From: Octopus sinensis
Lineage: Eukaryota
Direction of reading: 5' to 3'
Assembly (NCBI RefSeq): GCF_006345805.1
Contig: NW_021835467.1
Location: forward strand, 1 to 64,000
Length of the DNA: 64,000 bases
Shown: positions 38,207 through 50,960 of the stretch, in pieces
Layout: every line of letters starts with the position of its first letter
Position numbering within the stretch: position 1 is the first letter of the stretch
Notes under the pieces: model-generated
Database searches by the model: none
What the model saw: only the letters and a program-made list of their open reading frames with translations
What the model was told of the DNA's origin: nothing
Position numbers and translations under genes: made by a program

Positions 38207-39105
38207 ATGTTGGATGATTATCTAAGTGCATACGAAAATAGCATTGAGTGTGTATAATTTATTTTGAAAAAAATATAGTTCATCCGTCGATTCCGAAAAA
38301 TATTACCAAGTCTTGGGCGGATTGCTTTGCTTGGTACATTTGTGGACGATTCGTTCCGGATGGTAACAAAGCATGGAGATCAGCGAAACTATTTTGTGAA
38401 TGTATGGAAAATAGGAAGAGCAGTGGCTACATTTATGATAATAATAAATTTATTGACTCAAATAATTCCCGTTGTGATGATAATGATGCGACGGAGAGTA
38501 CGGATAGCCTGTTGTGTTCTGTTATTTAACATAATATATCAAGTATTATATTTACTAATCGTAGCACATCGTCTATCGGATGCGACTGTTTGCTATATTC
38601 AAGTTTGATAAGCGATAACCAGATAGAACCCTTTCCCTTTGCGGTGTTGTGCTACTCCTTTATGCTGAATCGTTTGTGGAGAAGATGACTAATGTGGCTG
38701 GTCTTCCAGAACTGCAAAACGATAAAGGGAAAGAGTATTTCAAACTTATTGGACGAATATTTGTTATACTCATCCTGTTCAGTCTTGTAGATACGTCAAG
38801 CATTTTAAGCTATGTACTATCATACTATAATATTTCAGGGAGTCATTGCGCCAATCTGTTCAATTCCTGCCATTATGCTTGTCCTCGGATATCGTGCTCA
38901 GTTTGCTTCTCTTCTCCTTTCAATTGTTCTCGTCGTTAATATGCTTGTTGCCCACCCTTTCTGGCTTCCCAGCCTTAACTCATATACGGCCGAGTATTAC
39001 TCTTTTGAGTTTTTCCAATCCTTGTCTGCGCTTGGCGGATTTCTCATTGTTGTTGCTCATGGACCAGGAGTAATCAGTTTTGACGAGTTTAAAAAAATGG
39101 AATAA
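38207..39105 (+). CDS. SURF4: Surfeit locus protein 4 (Erv29) ER cargo receptor
   Basis: LPSLGRIALLGTFVDDSFRM, YSFEFFQSLSALGGFLIVVAHGPGVISFDEFKKME* with a terminal KKxx motif; four 22-28-nt introns. Confidence 0.95.
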
Positions 39106-39532
39106 TTCATATTCACTTTCCTCTCATAATCACTTTAATAATTTGGATTATAAAACCTATGTTTTTACGCTTACTTTGTCAATGTCACGTATGTGGATAT
39201 AATATGAAATCTAAATACCTGCAAAGTCTTGAAAATCGTTCTTTTTACTTGAAATTTGTTAAAAAATAAGACATTTCTATCGTTATGTTTAATAATATGT
39301 CATCACAAATAAAATCTTATTTTGACCTCAATGTTTTTTTTATTTCAGCATACTTTTTTTCATGACATCTTGACAAGTTTTTACATGAATAAAAGGATGT
39401 AATTATTCAAATTTTAAAATTTTATAATAATTTCCAAAAGCTTTAAATTCGTAATCAACATAATAAATTATAAGCCTGGTTAATTATTTAACAATTTCAT
39501 GTTAAGTTCAAAATACGTTGTCAATAATCCAG

Positions 39533-40601
39533 ATGTGGTTAGAAAAAACAAACATCTGTCGAATATTATATATATGCCATAACATTGCCGCCATAAATGC
39601 TAGCAATATTATTCTTGCTGAACTTATCAAGTATTCTGAACTAGTCCAGTAATAATAAAATAGAGGCAGGAGATATATGTAAAAAGGGAAAATGCTATTC
39701 TCTTTTTCCAAATGATCTCCTTTCATTTTCAGAAGCCACAAATATGTGTTTAAAGTCAAAGAAATTCCCTCTTACGATAAAAGACAGTGATGAGCTTGGC
39801 ACAATTTTGGGTGAGCGTATTCAGTATATTTTAAGAATTATTAAAAATCACAAAATTTAATTCGATCGCTATCTGGCTTGGCTATAACGACATTATGATG
39901 GAGGGCTTATTTGTAGATCATAACGGGGATCCAATGGCAATTGTTTATTATTAAAATCTTCAGACATATTCTAACTGGTACAAGACTGAGCCCAATAAAC
40001 AAAATAAACGTGAAGACTGTGTAGGAATGGACATAAAAACCGGAAGATGGTTCGATTACCTCTGTTTTGCAAGACTACCTTTTATATGCCAGTACACAAA
40101 GGATACTGCAACTACCACTCTTGCTTCAAGTGGACAATAAATGTATATCTTGTAGAATTACAAGAAAAAAAACTCCCGGACCTAAAAATTAGTTTGCAAA
40201 TGACTAAAACTTTCCCTGAAAACCCGGTAAAAATGGCCGCTGACGGGGATAAATCTACATGCGCCATTTCGAAAGGAAATTTTTATGCACAGATGAATTA
40301 TTCGTTCAGCAAAACAGTCCTTCTTAAAAAGATCATCATATACTCTGGAAAGACAACACTAGGTAGTTTCAGTTTCCTATAGTTTACAGAGCGTCCTCGT
40401 TACTTTGATATCATTGTGGTGACTCCTGAAGAAGACAGAATACAATGCACTCGAATTACTGATGCTAAACTGCCCCCGAATTCTAAGAACGAATTCAAAT
40501 GCAAAAAAGAAATATTAACAAACAAAATTATTTTTAAAAGTTACAAATTGCAGGCAACACTCTCATTTTGTGAACTAATAATCGAACACTCGACAAACTA
40601 A
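39533..40601 (+). CDS. C-type lectin domain protein with a C-terminal discoidin/F-type-lectin-like domain; start uncertain
   Basis: CKKGKCY, EATNMC, IWLG, YSNWYKTEPN, EDCVGM, WFDYLC..LPFIC; second domain AADGDKSTCA; introns of 19-27 nt. Confidence 0.8.
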
Positions 40602-40734
40602 TACATTAAATTAACAAATTTAATATATAACTCACTTTCTTATATAATTTATTTTATTTCAAAATATACTCTTGCGCTCTGTCATTTAACTGCCTATGAG
40701 TCACATGCCGATTATTTCCACTAAACATCTCTAA

Positions 40735-41210
40735 TGACTCTCTAATCGTGGAACGATGCCTGTCCAGGCAGTAATCTACTCACCTCAAAATGGTTTAGTC
40801 ATATCCGCTTTTTTGAATTTTATAAAAATGTAGTTTCTGTCGAAATCCTGTGATCTTTGAAGAGATTGTTCGACGATATCTATCCGGTATCTGGGTCTTA
40901 GGATGGGCGAGAACCCAATCTATTCACTCCACGTAAGAAAAAGGCCATGGCAGCTTTCTGTTTTAGACGCTCTCCGTTTTAGACGTGCATCTGGACTCAA
41001 AAACCTTTATATTTGTCTATCATACACCTATTCTTCCAGTCTTTTATTTAAACTGTAAGCGTGGTACTACTTTAAACAGCATCAGAAAATCGTCTCAGAA
41101 TTAGAAGATTCGCCGCCACACACTGAAACTAGCATTTAAACATAGGCTGAACAATCATATCCCCGGATGGGTAGATCGTGGGATCCCTACAGTAAAAGAG
41201 ATAAAGTAAT
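40735..41210 (+). mobile_element. 3' fragment of a Jockey-like LINE
   Basis: LDSKTFIFVYHT...ALKLAFKH...IPGWVDRGIPTVKE parallels the C-terminus of the LINE at 27822-29571. Confidence 0.6.
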
Positions 41211-41646
41211 ATATTAAGTTCTACGTGAAACGAATTTTCAGGCGATAAGATCACAAATACAGTGCAAAAATGAACTCACTTTCTTTCGAAAAATTTTGCT
41301 ATTGAAAACGGCCGTCTTGATTATCTCTGGATTAACAATTGAAGAGATAATTACATTTATACGAGTTGAGAAAGTAGCTGACATGAGACATCAGTGGAAC
41401 CTGCTGGGCACATTGAAGTTGTATCCTGGCCCATGAGTCTGACAGAAGGAGGAGAAGCAAGAAGAGTTAGTAATAGGGATTTATCAAAGTCACATATCAA
41501 TTTGAATATAAAAACTTATTTTTTCAGACTTTCTTGGTCACTAATAAAAGGGAAATTAATTTGAATTAAGATGTATTTTATTAATAATAACATTTAATAA
41601 TTAAAATTTTCTCTTTTTGTTGCGCAATATTTTTAATATATATTTC

Positions 41647-44600
41647 ATGCAAGATCATAACAAATCTAAATTGTCAATTTCGTCTGTCTCGCAACAAAAT
41701 GATCAGATCTATTCTCCAGCTCAATCAAACCAGATAACTCCAGAAGAAAGAGAAAACTGTCGAAAGTGGCTGTAATAGGCCTTTTTTATTTTATTTAGCA
41801 CAAATAAATTAATTGATAATAATACAGCTTACTCTTCTGAATTAACCAATATTGTAGCCCGTAAAGAAATGGAGATATTTGAGATATCTCTTGGCAGAGT
41901 TTGCTAAAGTGAATTAATTGGTAGGTTGACTACCGAAACCGTTTGCTTGAAGTATTGCAGAAATTACAAAATAGTCCTGGAAGCATGATAAACCTGAGAG
42001 CCCACGTAGATGAAAAGAAGACCAAAAAAAGTAAGAGAATGCGATGAAATTGTGAGATGTCAGCAGTGAAGACATAAGCGAGGAATTTTTGAAAGTTGTA
42101 GATATTCTGTGGGATTCCGTCCCCGATTCATTCGTTTTCCGTTACCCTGTGGATCCTGTAAAAGACATGGCTGAGGTTGATTTTTGGTCGGATTTCAGGA
42201 TTATTATGACATAATAAAATCCCCAATGGATTTGTCGACACTCAAAAGCAATTTGTCTGGGAAGATGTACACTTGTCCGTGGAAATTGATTGATGATGTT
42301 AATCTCATTTTTTCAAACGCACGGAAATACAACGGATCGAAGAGTAATATAACTCGAGCGGCAATGAGAGTAGAAAAGAGGTTACATGAGTAGTTGTCAG
42401 CAAAATTTAACGAAGTGGGAGATGAGGCGATGAATAGATTGGGCTACTGCTGTTCGAGGACTTATTTATTTAACCTTCGTGTGCTTTACTGCTGTACTTC
42501 TTTAAGTTGTCAGATTGGGGCAGATGCTGATTATTTCTCATATAAAAAGTATATATTCAAAATTTATATAAGGGAGGAGGAGGAATACGTGTGTTGTGTC
42601 AAGTGCTTTAATTCGGCCGAGGAGAAAATCACCATATCACCTGACTCGACTCAACTCCCCAAACAAGACTTTGTCCAAGCCAAAAATAATGTAAGAGAGC
42701 CTGAGCCTCTCGTGGATTGTGTTGAGTGTGGTCGCCGTGTGCACCAAGTGTGCGTACTTTACCACGAGGAACTTTATTCTGGGGGGTTTGTGTGTCGCAT
42801 GTGTATGGAGAGTCCTTTTTCACCAAAGTTTACATGCAGAAGTAAGTCTATGTCTGATTTGTAGACCTTCCTCAAACGAGGTTGAGCGTGTATATTGAAG
42901 AGAGAATTAATACCTTTCTACGAGCGGAGAGTGGTGGGATTGATTTTGGGACGGTCTTGGTGAGGGTCGTCTCCTCCACCATAAAAGAGTGCAGTGTGAA
43001 GCCTCTGTTCAAGTCAAAGTTCGGGGTAGACATGCCGGACGTATTTCCATACAGAGCAAAGACTCTTTTTGTGTTCCAGGTGCGTGGTGGGAGGGAACTG
43101 GCATTCTTTGCCTTCCATACACAGGAGTACGACTCGGAGTGTCCTGAACCTAATAAGCGGTATATCTATATCTTAATTGAAGGCGTGTATACATCTCCTA
43201 TCTTGACTCAGTACACTTCTTTGAGCCAAAATTCATCCGGACTCGGGTATATCACGAAATTCTAATTTCTTACATGGACTACGTACGTAAACTGGGGTTT
43301 GGAGTGAATTAAATGCTAGTTACGCGTGGGTGCACATCTGGGCATGCCCTCCAGGTGATAGAGACGACTACATATTCTACTGCCATCCTTTTGAGCAAAA
43401 GACTCCTACGGCTAAACGTTTGATTGAATGGTACAAAGTAATTCTTAACAATGCGATAAACCAGAAGGCAATTCGTTCATACCAAGTAAGTTTGTTTTGC
43501 TAAGTGGTAGGACCTACACAGTTGTGCGCATGAGAACGCAATAACTTGTCCAACTCAAATCCCGTATATGGATGGAGATTTCTGGCCCGCTAGAATAGAG
43601 GAAATGATCAAAAGTGACGAGGAATGTAAAAAAGAGAAAAAAAGTAGTTTGTCGGACAAGTTGATGAACATGCTTGACAAGCAGCGAAGTGGCTTCTTTG
43701 TTATTGAATTGCATTCGAGCAGACTGAATTGTCACCTCACAACAATCGTCGACCCTGATCCTCCGATGAAGTGTGAGCTCATCGACAGTCGCGATTCTTT
43801 CCTTACCTTTTGTCGAGATAAAAACTACGAGTTCTCCACCAAAAGAAGAGCCTTTTATTCTACTCAATCCATTGTAGTTGAGTTGTGTCTCCATCACTTG
43901 ATGTTTCACTGCAACAATTGCCAAAAGGAGATTGTACATGAAAGACATCACTGTAATCAATGCAGCGACTTTGACTTGTGCCAAATTTGTGCAGAAAATA
44001 ATTCGCATCCTCATCCTTTAGTCAGAATTGGCCTCGATAAAGCAGACACCTCCACCATAATTACAGATGCAGCAATAGAAAAGTGGAAGGGTAAAGTGGG
44101 ACACACTGTTTTCTGCCACGACTCAAAATGTGGGCGGCCTCTCTGTTCTCAGTATCGAGAATGTCTACTTCCACATTATATGAATAACATGTGTCCTCAT
44201 CGTCAAACATGCAAACTTTGTAGAATTATTATTCGAATTTATGAGACACATATTTTGGACTGCACTAACCAGCATTGTGGAGCTAAATTGTGTAATTTGT
44301 TCAAAAGACGCTTAAAAAGTATGCAAGCACGGAAACATGCAAGAGAACAAGATCAACTTTTGAGAAGAATGAACACTATGAAAATTGCCAATGGAGATAA
44401 ACAACTTCTGAAAACTAATCAGCCAATTACTCGCACACAAAATCCCTTAATGCCTAACTCTCCTTTCCTAATTCCTCAGCCCAAACGTCCTCTTCTCATT
44501 CAAACCAATTCTGCAGTACGCTTGTCTCCTATTAATTCACCCCTCCCAGACTTGAGTATCAAGAATAAGTTACGAAACGGTCGATTTCCTGATTTTTCCG

Positions 44601-44689
44601 AATTGGAGCAGCGACTCAACTGTGAGCCCGATGCTGCTGAGAAGGAATGGACGGATAGTCAAATCATTCGCTTCTATCAACCAGATTGA
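41647..44689 (+). CDS. CREBBP: CBP/p300 histone acetyltransferase, reduced (KIX-like, bromodomain, RING, PHD, HAT, ZZ, TAZ2)
   Basis: [68 protein letters not shown] ([20 protein letters not shown]) and TAZ2 His/Cys pattern; introns about 23-30 nt. Confidence 0.95.
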
Positions 44690-45059
44690 TTATTTTTTGT
44701 TTTAAATACATTTTATTCTTAATTCAATAATTTTGAGGTTATATCATAACCTTTTGTAACATATCTGAAAATTCTTTTCCCGTCGAATCTACTTTTTTGT
44801 TAATTTAATCAACGCCATCTTGATTTTTATACTTTTCGATTTTCATAGTATAGCTTTATTTAAAAATCATTCTCTCTAAAGTGTTTTAAAATGTTGTCAC
44901 CACTCTATCGCATGTAAATAAAATAGGGATTACCCCGACATTTTTGTTCTGAACCTTCCAGTGCACTAAAAATTACCTCTGGGTGTTATGATTTTCACTT
45001 AGATTGCTTTCAGTTCATTTAACATTAATTTTATGAAATGATCGGATGAAATTCATTAA

Positions 45060-45735
45060 CATCAATTTAAGTATTCATAGACATTGGACCAAAATAGAGT
45101 GCAGATGCTTTATTTTTTAGTAAATATTCACGTTGGATTTTTATCAAATTCAATATTGTCAATTTACTTAAATTTCAAGTATTTTATTTTCAAGATAAGA
45201 ATACTGAGAAATCTTCCTTTGTTTGCCGGTTGAAATTGGATATGACTGTCCATAAGTATTTGACAGATATTCTAATCACTTTTTCGAATTCTCCGAGCTC
45301 AATACCGGGTGAAAGTTGAATGTTTGAGGATAACTCTCTTAAAGAAAGTTGAATGTAATAGTTTTGACTTAATAACTACTTAATACGGTTTATATACAAT
45401 TTAGTGTAAACTTTCAAATGGTACTTGAAAGTGAGAAATCTTGCAATCGTAGATTTTCTACTTTCAAGACCAGCAAGATCCCCGCTTTTCTTAAGCAAAA
45501 CTGGATTTCTAAATATACAAATACCTACAGAACAGTCATTGCTTGCTCTCGTGTCTATTAATTGCGGTCAATGATTATTGTTTTTTACCGCCGCGGGAAT
45601 TGAGCCTCGAAGAGCCTAAGATCGTTTTGAGATCAAAAAACCTTCATGGCTCCTCTAAATTAGTCCCAAACGGATCATTTTCAAAAACGCTTGTCTTTAA
45701 AAAGTCGAATAAACCGAAATTATCTGACATCTCAG
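45060..45735 (-). CDS. Possible multi-exon host gene of unknown function; exon structure unresolved
   Basis: Several open, protein-like segments (RNPVLLKKSGDLAGLESRK; LLSQNYYIQLSLRELSS; LNLIKIQREYLLKNK) separated by candidate short GT-AG introns. I could not assemble one certain frame. Confidence 0.3.
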
Positions 45736-45764
45736 CAATTTTTTATAATCAAATTAGTAATAAC

Positions 45765-47434
45765 TACAGCAACATTTTTATTGACTTAAAAAAATAAAAA
45801 TTGCCCTTAAAATTTTAAAAATTGACCAAATAATTGACCGTAAAAATACTACTTTATTTTCATATATAAACTACGTTTATGAAAATTTAAAGTAATTTTA
45901 TTCATCGTCTACCGAGTTATTTACAATTAAGTAATATTTTACATTATCCACTTTAAAATTCCTATCCTTGGTTAAGATTTTGTTAAGAATCGAAAATGAT
46001 CGTTCTACTGCGCACGATGTTGCCTGACATTCAATCAACAAAGAATAATCTAAAGGTGAAATAGAATGATCATCGAAATTCATAATTTTTGTGATATCAT
46101 TGGAATTCATCCTTTTGATAATATAATTTTTTATTCCACACACGTCTTCTTTAAAATCCATGTTTTCAAATAATTGAATGCTTTTTTTATAGTAAAATTG
46201 GTCGATTCTAAATCATCAAGCAAATGTAATAAAGGTGAATATTGTGATATTATCGTCGTTAGATCTTCATGAAGTTGTTCATTAAATAAACATTCTTTCG
46301 CTCTTTTAATGAGCAAAGAATTTCCTTCTAAGGAAGTGCATACTTGAATAACATTTGGCAGGTTTGTAGCATAGTAAGAAACAGCTTTAAGCCAGCTTCC
46401 CCATCTCGTAACTATTGGTTCTGGTGGGTACCCAATTTCCTTAAACAATTGTCTTCGATAATTGTTCTTTACAACAAGTGCTTTAATACAAGCAATCAAT
46501 TTATCAACTTCGGGACAATATACTTTTATTTTAAGTGCACAATTATGCACTAAATGAGCAAAACATGTGATATGGTATAGACTGGAATATAATAGCTTGA
46601 GAGTATTTCCTGCAGAAACCATATATGGAGCAGCATCGGTAATAAGGAGAGAAAAATTGTTTCTTTCAACATTCATTTTCCAAATAGTGTCATCAATTAT
46701 TTGACTGATGATAGAAGAATTCGGAGAGGAATCAATTTTTATACAATCTATTAGGTAAGATCTTTGCGGATTTTCCAACTAGACAATTCACAAATTTGTC
46801 TCCCAACACCAGTTTCGTCCACAATCAAAAAAACCTTAACAATTATACTATTCCAATAGACTAACTTTCTTATTTGAAATTAAATTAATTATTTTGGATA
46901 TCTTTTGTTGTGCTAAAATTTCTACCATATTGCGGCAAGTAATCTCTGAAGGAAGTGGATGCCCGATACTTCCAAATAAGTTGATAATTGCTCGATATCT
47001 CAATTTATAGAGCGGAATGTAAAAATTGTTTCTTGCATGTCACATGTAACTCACATAATTTACAAAAAAGCATTCCATTTGGTGTAATTGTAAACTCTTT
47101 AGGATATTTTTCACAAATATTTTTAGCTTTTTTAAAATCCGAAGGTTTATTTTTAGGCATAAATACACTATAATTTAGTTTAAAATTTGTTAAAATAAGA
47201 GACAAATGTCACTGCGACTATTTTAAATTTATTTTGATGCTTTAAATAATATTATTTAAATTTTTATTTAAAAATTGACCTAATTAAAAAAATTGACCTG
47301 GAAATCTAAAAAGTTGACCAAATTGACCTAAAGAACTTTTTATATAAACTTTTTTTTGACTTTATTTTAATTTAATCATTATTTTTAGACTTAACTCTGG
47401 ATTGAAGTTGACTTTATTGACTTATGTTGCCCTA
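45765..47434 (-). mobile_element. CGGBP1-type hAT transposon, near full length, frameshifted
   Basis: Termini tagggcaacat / tacagcaacat; 8-bp TSD gtaataac (45757-45764, 47435-47442); LFCKLCELHV, LLITDAAPYMV, HITCFAH, TRWGSW, SCAVERSFS. Confidence 0.93.
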
Positions 47435-47466
47435 GTAATAACATTAAGTAATTAGTCAACTTTACG

Positions 47467-47760
47467 ACATTGTCAGGAGGGCTCTAAAGTCGGCTGGTTT
47501 CCCTTGAATACCTGTGTATTTCTGACTCTTTTGAGTTTGCTTCTCTTGCCTTCGAAACCTCAAAAATCTTCGGCAAGGCCGCGACTCAACTCCTCACTGA
47601 CATTGTTAGGAGGATATCCTCGATAACAAACGACCGGAGGGAGACGAGCTGGCTCTTTCAGCGAATCTCGGTCGCTGTGCTCTGCGGAAACTGCCATTCA
47701 ATACTAAATGGGGTGTCGTTGATCTGACCCTCAGGCTCTCGACTGTTCTTTGAGTTACTT
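47467..47760. mobile_element. GC-rich retroelement debris including a CRE-like piece
   Basis: DIVRRALKSAGFP at 47467 matches DIVKRTLETAGFP of the CRE-like ORF; the remainder is unresolved. Confidence 0.45.
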
Positions 47761-47936
47761 ATTTTTTTTGTTCTCATTATCATCTACAAAAAAAGCTAGA
47801 AAGTTCACTGCACAAGTTATTCAAAAATTATAGTCCAATTTTACAAACATTTATTCCAGGCATTCTGATCGTCACGGCACCCGCCTTCAATTTCAACACC
47901 TGGTCAACTACATGATCTCTCTCCAATCACAATGAA

Positions 47937-48159
47937 CCTCAAACGAGGTTGAGCGTGTATATTGAAGAGAGAATTAATACCTTTCTACGAGCGGAGAGTG
48001 GTGGGATTGATTTTGGGACGGTCTTGGTGAGGGTCGTCTCCTCCACCATAAAAGAGTGCAGTGTGAAGCCTCTGTTCAAGTCAAAGTTCGGGGTAGACAT
48101 GCCGGACGTATTTCCATACAGAGCAAAGACTCTTTTTGTGTTCCAGGTGCGTGGTGGGA
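47937..48159 (+). repeat. Exact 223-bp copy of CBP coding sequence 42870-43092
   Basis: Base-by-base identical by inspection; no flanking introns copied. Confidence 0.95.
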
Positions 48160-48857
48160 TGGGAACGGGTATTTACGACTAAGTATGATCTTACATTTTT
48201 GATGTAATAATGTCTTTTTTAAATAAATCTATATTAATCTCTGGTCTTCTTTTCAGTCCCTTTTCTATCAATTATATATTCATAAATTTCAAATAAATAT
48301 TATTAAAATTACACCCCAGTGGTCGCAAAAGCAAAAAAAACAAGATCTATTTTTTGAACATTTCATTGCCATAATGATTTTTTGGAACATGGTTTTATAA
48401 GATTTTCGGCCTCTCAACTAGGTGCTACAAAATAATTCACCTGTCTAAATTAGATTAATTCTATACTCTTGTATTGCACTTAAAAATATTTCAAGTAGAT
48501 TGACACTCATTGTTTTTCTGCTTGGGCAAATAGATGATTTGCAAAGTGACACAATAATCTCTCCACCTTTCTTTTTCCATACATTGTCTGTATTTAACCA
48601 CATGGAGTCTAAAGTAATTGTCATTGACAAAATACTCTTGCCGCATAGTTAAATATAATAAAATATTCACGTGTTAAGCACGTAATATTATTTTTTAAAC
48701 TCTTCAATTCCAATTGATAAAATTAAGGCAGGTTCGAGGAAATAAGACTACGCAGTTTAGAACGCCCTCCCAGCCTCGCGGATTGCCAAACAGTTGTCAC
48801 GGATTACGGCAGTTTGTTTTTAAATGAATAAAGTCATTTTTATAAATTCCCCACAAT

Positions 48858-50430
48858 TTAATAAATACAACTAACGACTTGAGGCGCGAGACACGTCCTG
48901 CTTTGAGGGTCATAGAGTTCATCATTATGACATTTGTGCTTTATTTTTACCATTCCAACATCTTGACACTCAAAATATTCACTTGAACAAATATTTTCTT
49001 CATTCTGTGGATAAATCCCCACATCTTGGCACTCCTCTGAATAACATCAACTTATTCCAACCAGAATCGTAGAGAACATCCTCAATGCTATCTTTCCCAA
49101 CTAGTGACTCTATCCTAGGAATATAAAAATCGTCAATTCCGATTTTATACTCCTCGTCAGCCAAGAATAATCTTGACGTCTTTAATAGTCCCAAAAGCTT
49201 ACTTGAGAAAACGAATCTAGTTTTTTCCGAAAAGCGGAAATGAGGGGGAATTGTTTTGATTGGCAAAACTTGCCAGTGAAATCATCAAAGTCAATAGTCC
49301 AAAGAGCAGCCCCGGCAAATCTCATAGCACAAATGTACTTTGCCTTCTCTTCCAAACTCTGTTCGCTCTCTAACGAAACCCAATATTCGTTTTGTGTTGC
49401 ATACGCTGCACCAAAGTGAGAATCCCATTTAATATTCCAACGGCACACCTTTTATTAAATTAATACATCACTTCATAGTAAGCAAGAATTCCGCTCATTT
49501 TGGTATAATTCCCAATTTTTGTTGACTGCATGGCCAGGGCACCTATCTCTCCAGACGAGGAGTAGAATCGTTCATATAGTCTGGCATATAGTGCTATTCC
49601 CACCAATAATTTGTTTCTCTTTATGTTCAGAGTGAGGAGTACGTTGAACAAACTAGTCTAAAGAGGTTATACAATCAATAACAATGCAGTTTTGTGCGCC
49701 ACTGCAGTTTAGTGCGTTGTGGAATTGAGTAGTGTTTTCATGATGATGATTTAAATCAAATCCGTCAACTATTACGTAATCCAAAATTCTAAATTTAAGA
49801 AAATAAATATACTACTCAGATAGTTTTTTTATTTTGTGTAAATTTGTGCCATTTACATGGGAAATGAGAAGTGTAGACATGCTTTTCTTAGTGGCCACTC
49901 TGCTTATGTACTTCATTGACCACAAAGGTGTACTTTTGCTAACTTAATAACCACTTCAAGACCATCCGTTGAACCAAATATATCAATTCCGTCAAAATTA
50001 TGTCGCAACATAAAGTCGAGGGCGTTCCTAGCCAGAATCAAAAACCTTGAAGCTCCAAAAGGCATGAAATTTAGCTGAGGGATGCGAAGAGAAATCAATA
50101 ACTTGACATTAAGGGAGATTTTGATAGCCAACAGCTGCTCGTACATGTTCAGTTCTACAAAATAAAGTGTTCTTAGACCTGAGGAATGAGCGTCGTCTTG
50201 TCCGATGGGAATTATCTGCAATGTAGACGGGTCGATGTCAGCAAATGCGTAAATGAGATGAGTGCAGAGATTCTTCCGAATGTCCTCAGGCATCAAACGA
50301 CTCCCGGACATGCTGTACTGTGCCCAGAAAGGGTAGTAGCACATTGTTTCTGCTCTTGATTATTAAAATTACTTGGCTTATTTTTAGACAGAGTTTGATA
50401 GAAATTAATCATGATTACAAATAAGATCAT
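48858..50430 (-). CDS. Secreted chitinase-like protein (GH18, catalytic motif lost) with C-terminal CBM14 chitin-binding domain
   Basis: Signal peptide MILFVIMINFYQTLS, CYYPFWAQY, LCTHLIYAFA, FDGIDIFGS in place of FDGxDxDxE, GAALWTIDFDDFTGKFC, and a six-Cys peritrophin-A-type tail; introns of 22-27 nt. Confidence 0.9.
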
Positions 50431-50595
50431 TAAATTATTATAAAACGTGAGTTTAAATTGTATTAATTAATTATTAATCTTAGATTAGCTCGAAAAAATT
50501 CAATTTAAATAGCATTTATACCATTTTTGAATCATATGCGATAAGTACTGGTTTAAATCGGATTTAAAAATTAAGTTAGTTTTGATCTAAAACTA

Positions 50596-50850
50596 CTAAT
50601 GATCGAGAAAACGTTGCCTTTCAGGAGCGCAATGGAGATTCATTGGAAGAGCCATTGCTTCTCCCGAGGCTTTTGTCGTCTTTTGGAGATCAGTTGCCAG
50701 ATTCTCCCAACGAGTTCCAGAATATTTCGGATATTTGTCTTCGAGAAAGTGTCGGTGGACGTAGAGTCCCACGCGAGGCATTTCCCATTAATCCACGGAA
50801 AACGGTGACTCCATTTCCCGTCTCCACGTTCAAGCCCAACATGTTCAAGT
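50596..50850 (-). mobile_element. Internally deleted CRE-like endonuclease fragment
   Basis: GVTVFPWINGKCLAWDSTSTDTF...PREKQWLFQ*ISIALLKGNVFSI. Confidence 0.75.
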
Positions 50851-50960
50851 TCGGTGGCTATTGCTCTGTCCTCTTGACACCAAGATCCCGAGCAAGCTGT
50901 ATATAATCGCCATCCTCTTCATCCTTATTTATAAGTGCTCTTCTTGTAGCCATATCTGGT
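50850..50960 (-). mobile_element. Possible Tc1/IS630-like transposase N-terminal HTH fragment
   Basis: MATRRALINKDEEDGDYIQLARDLGVKRT resembles transposase HTH starts; short, so weak support. Confidence 0.4.
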
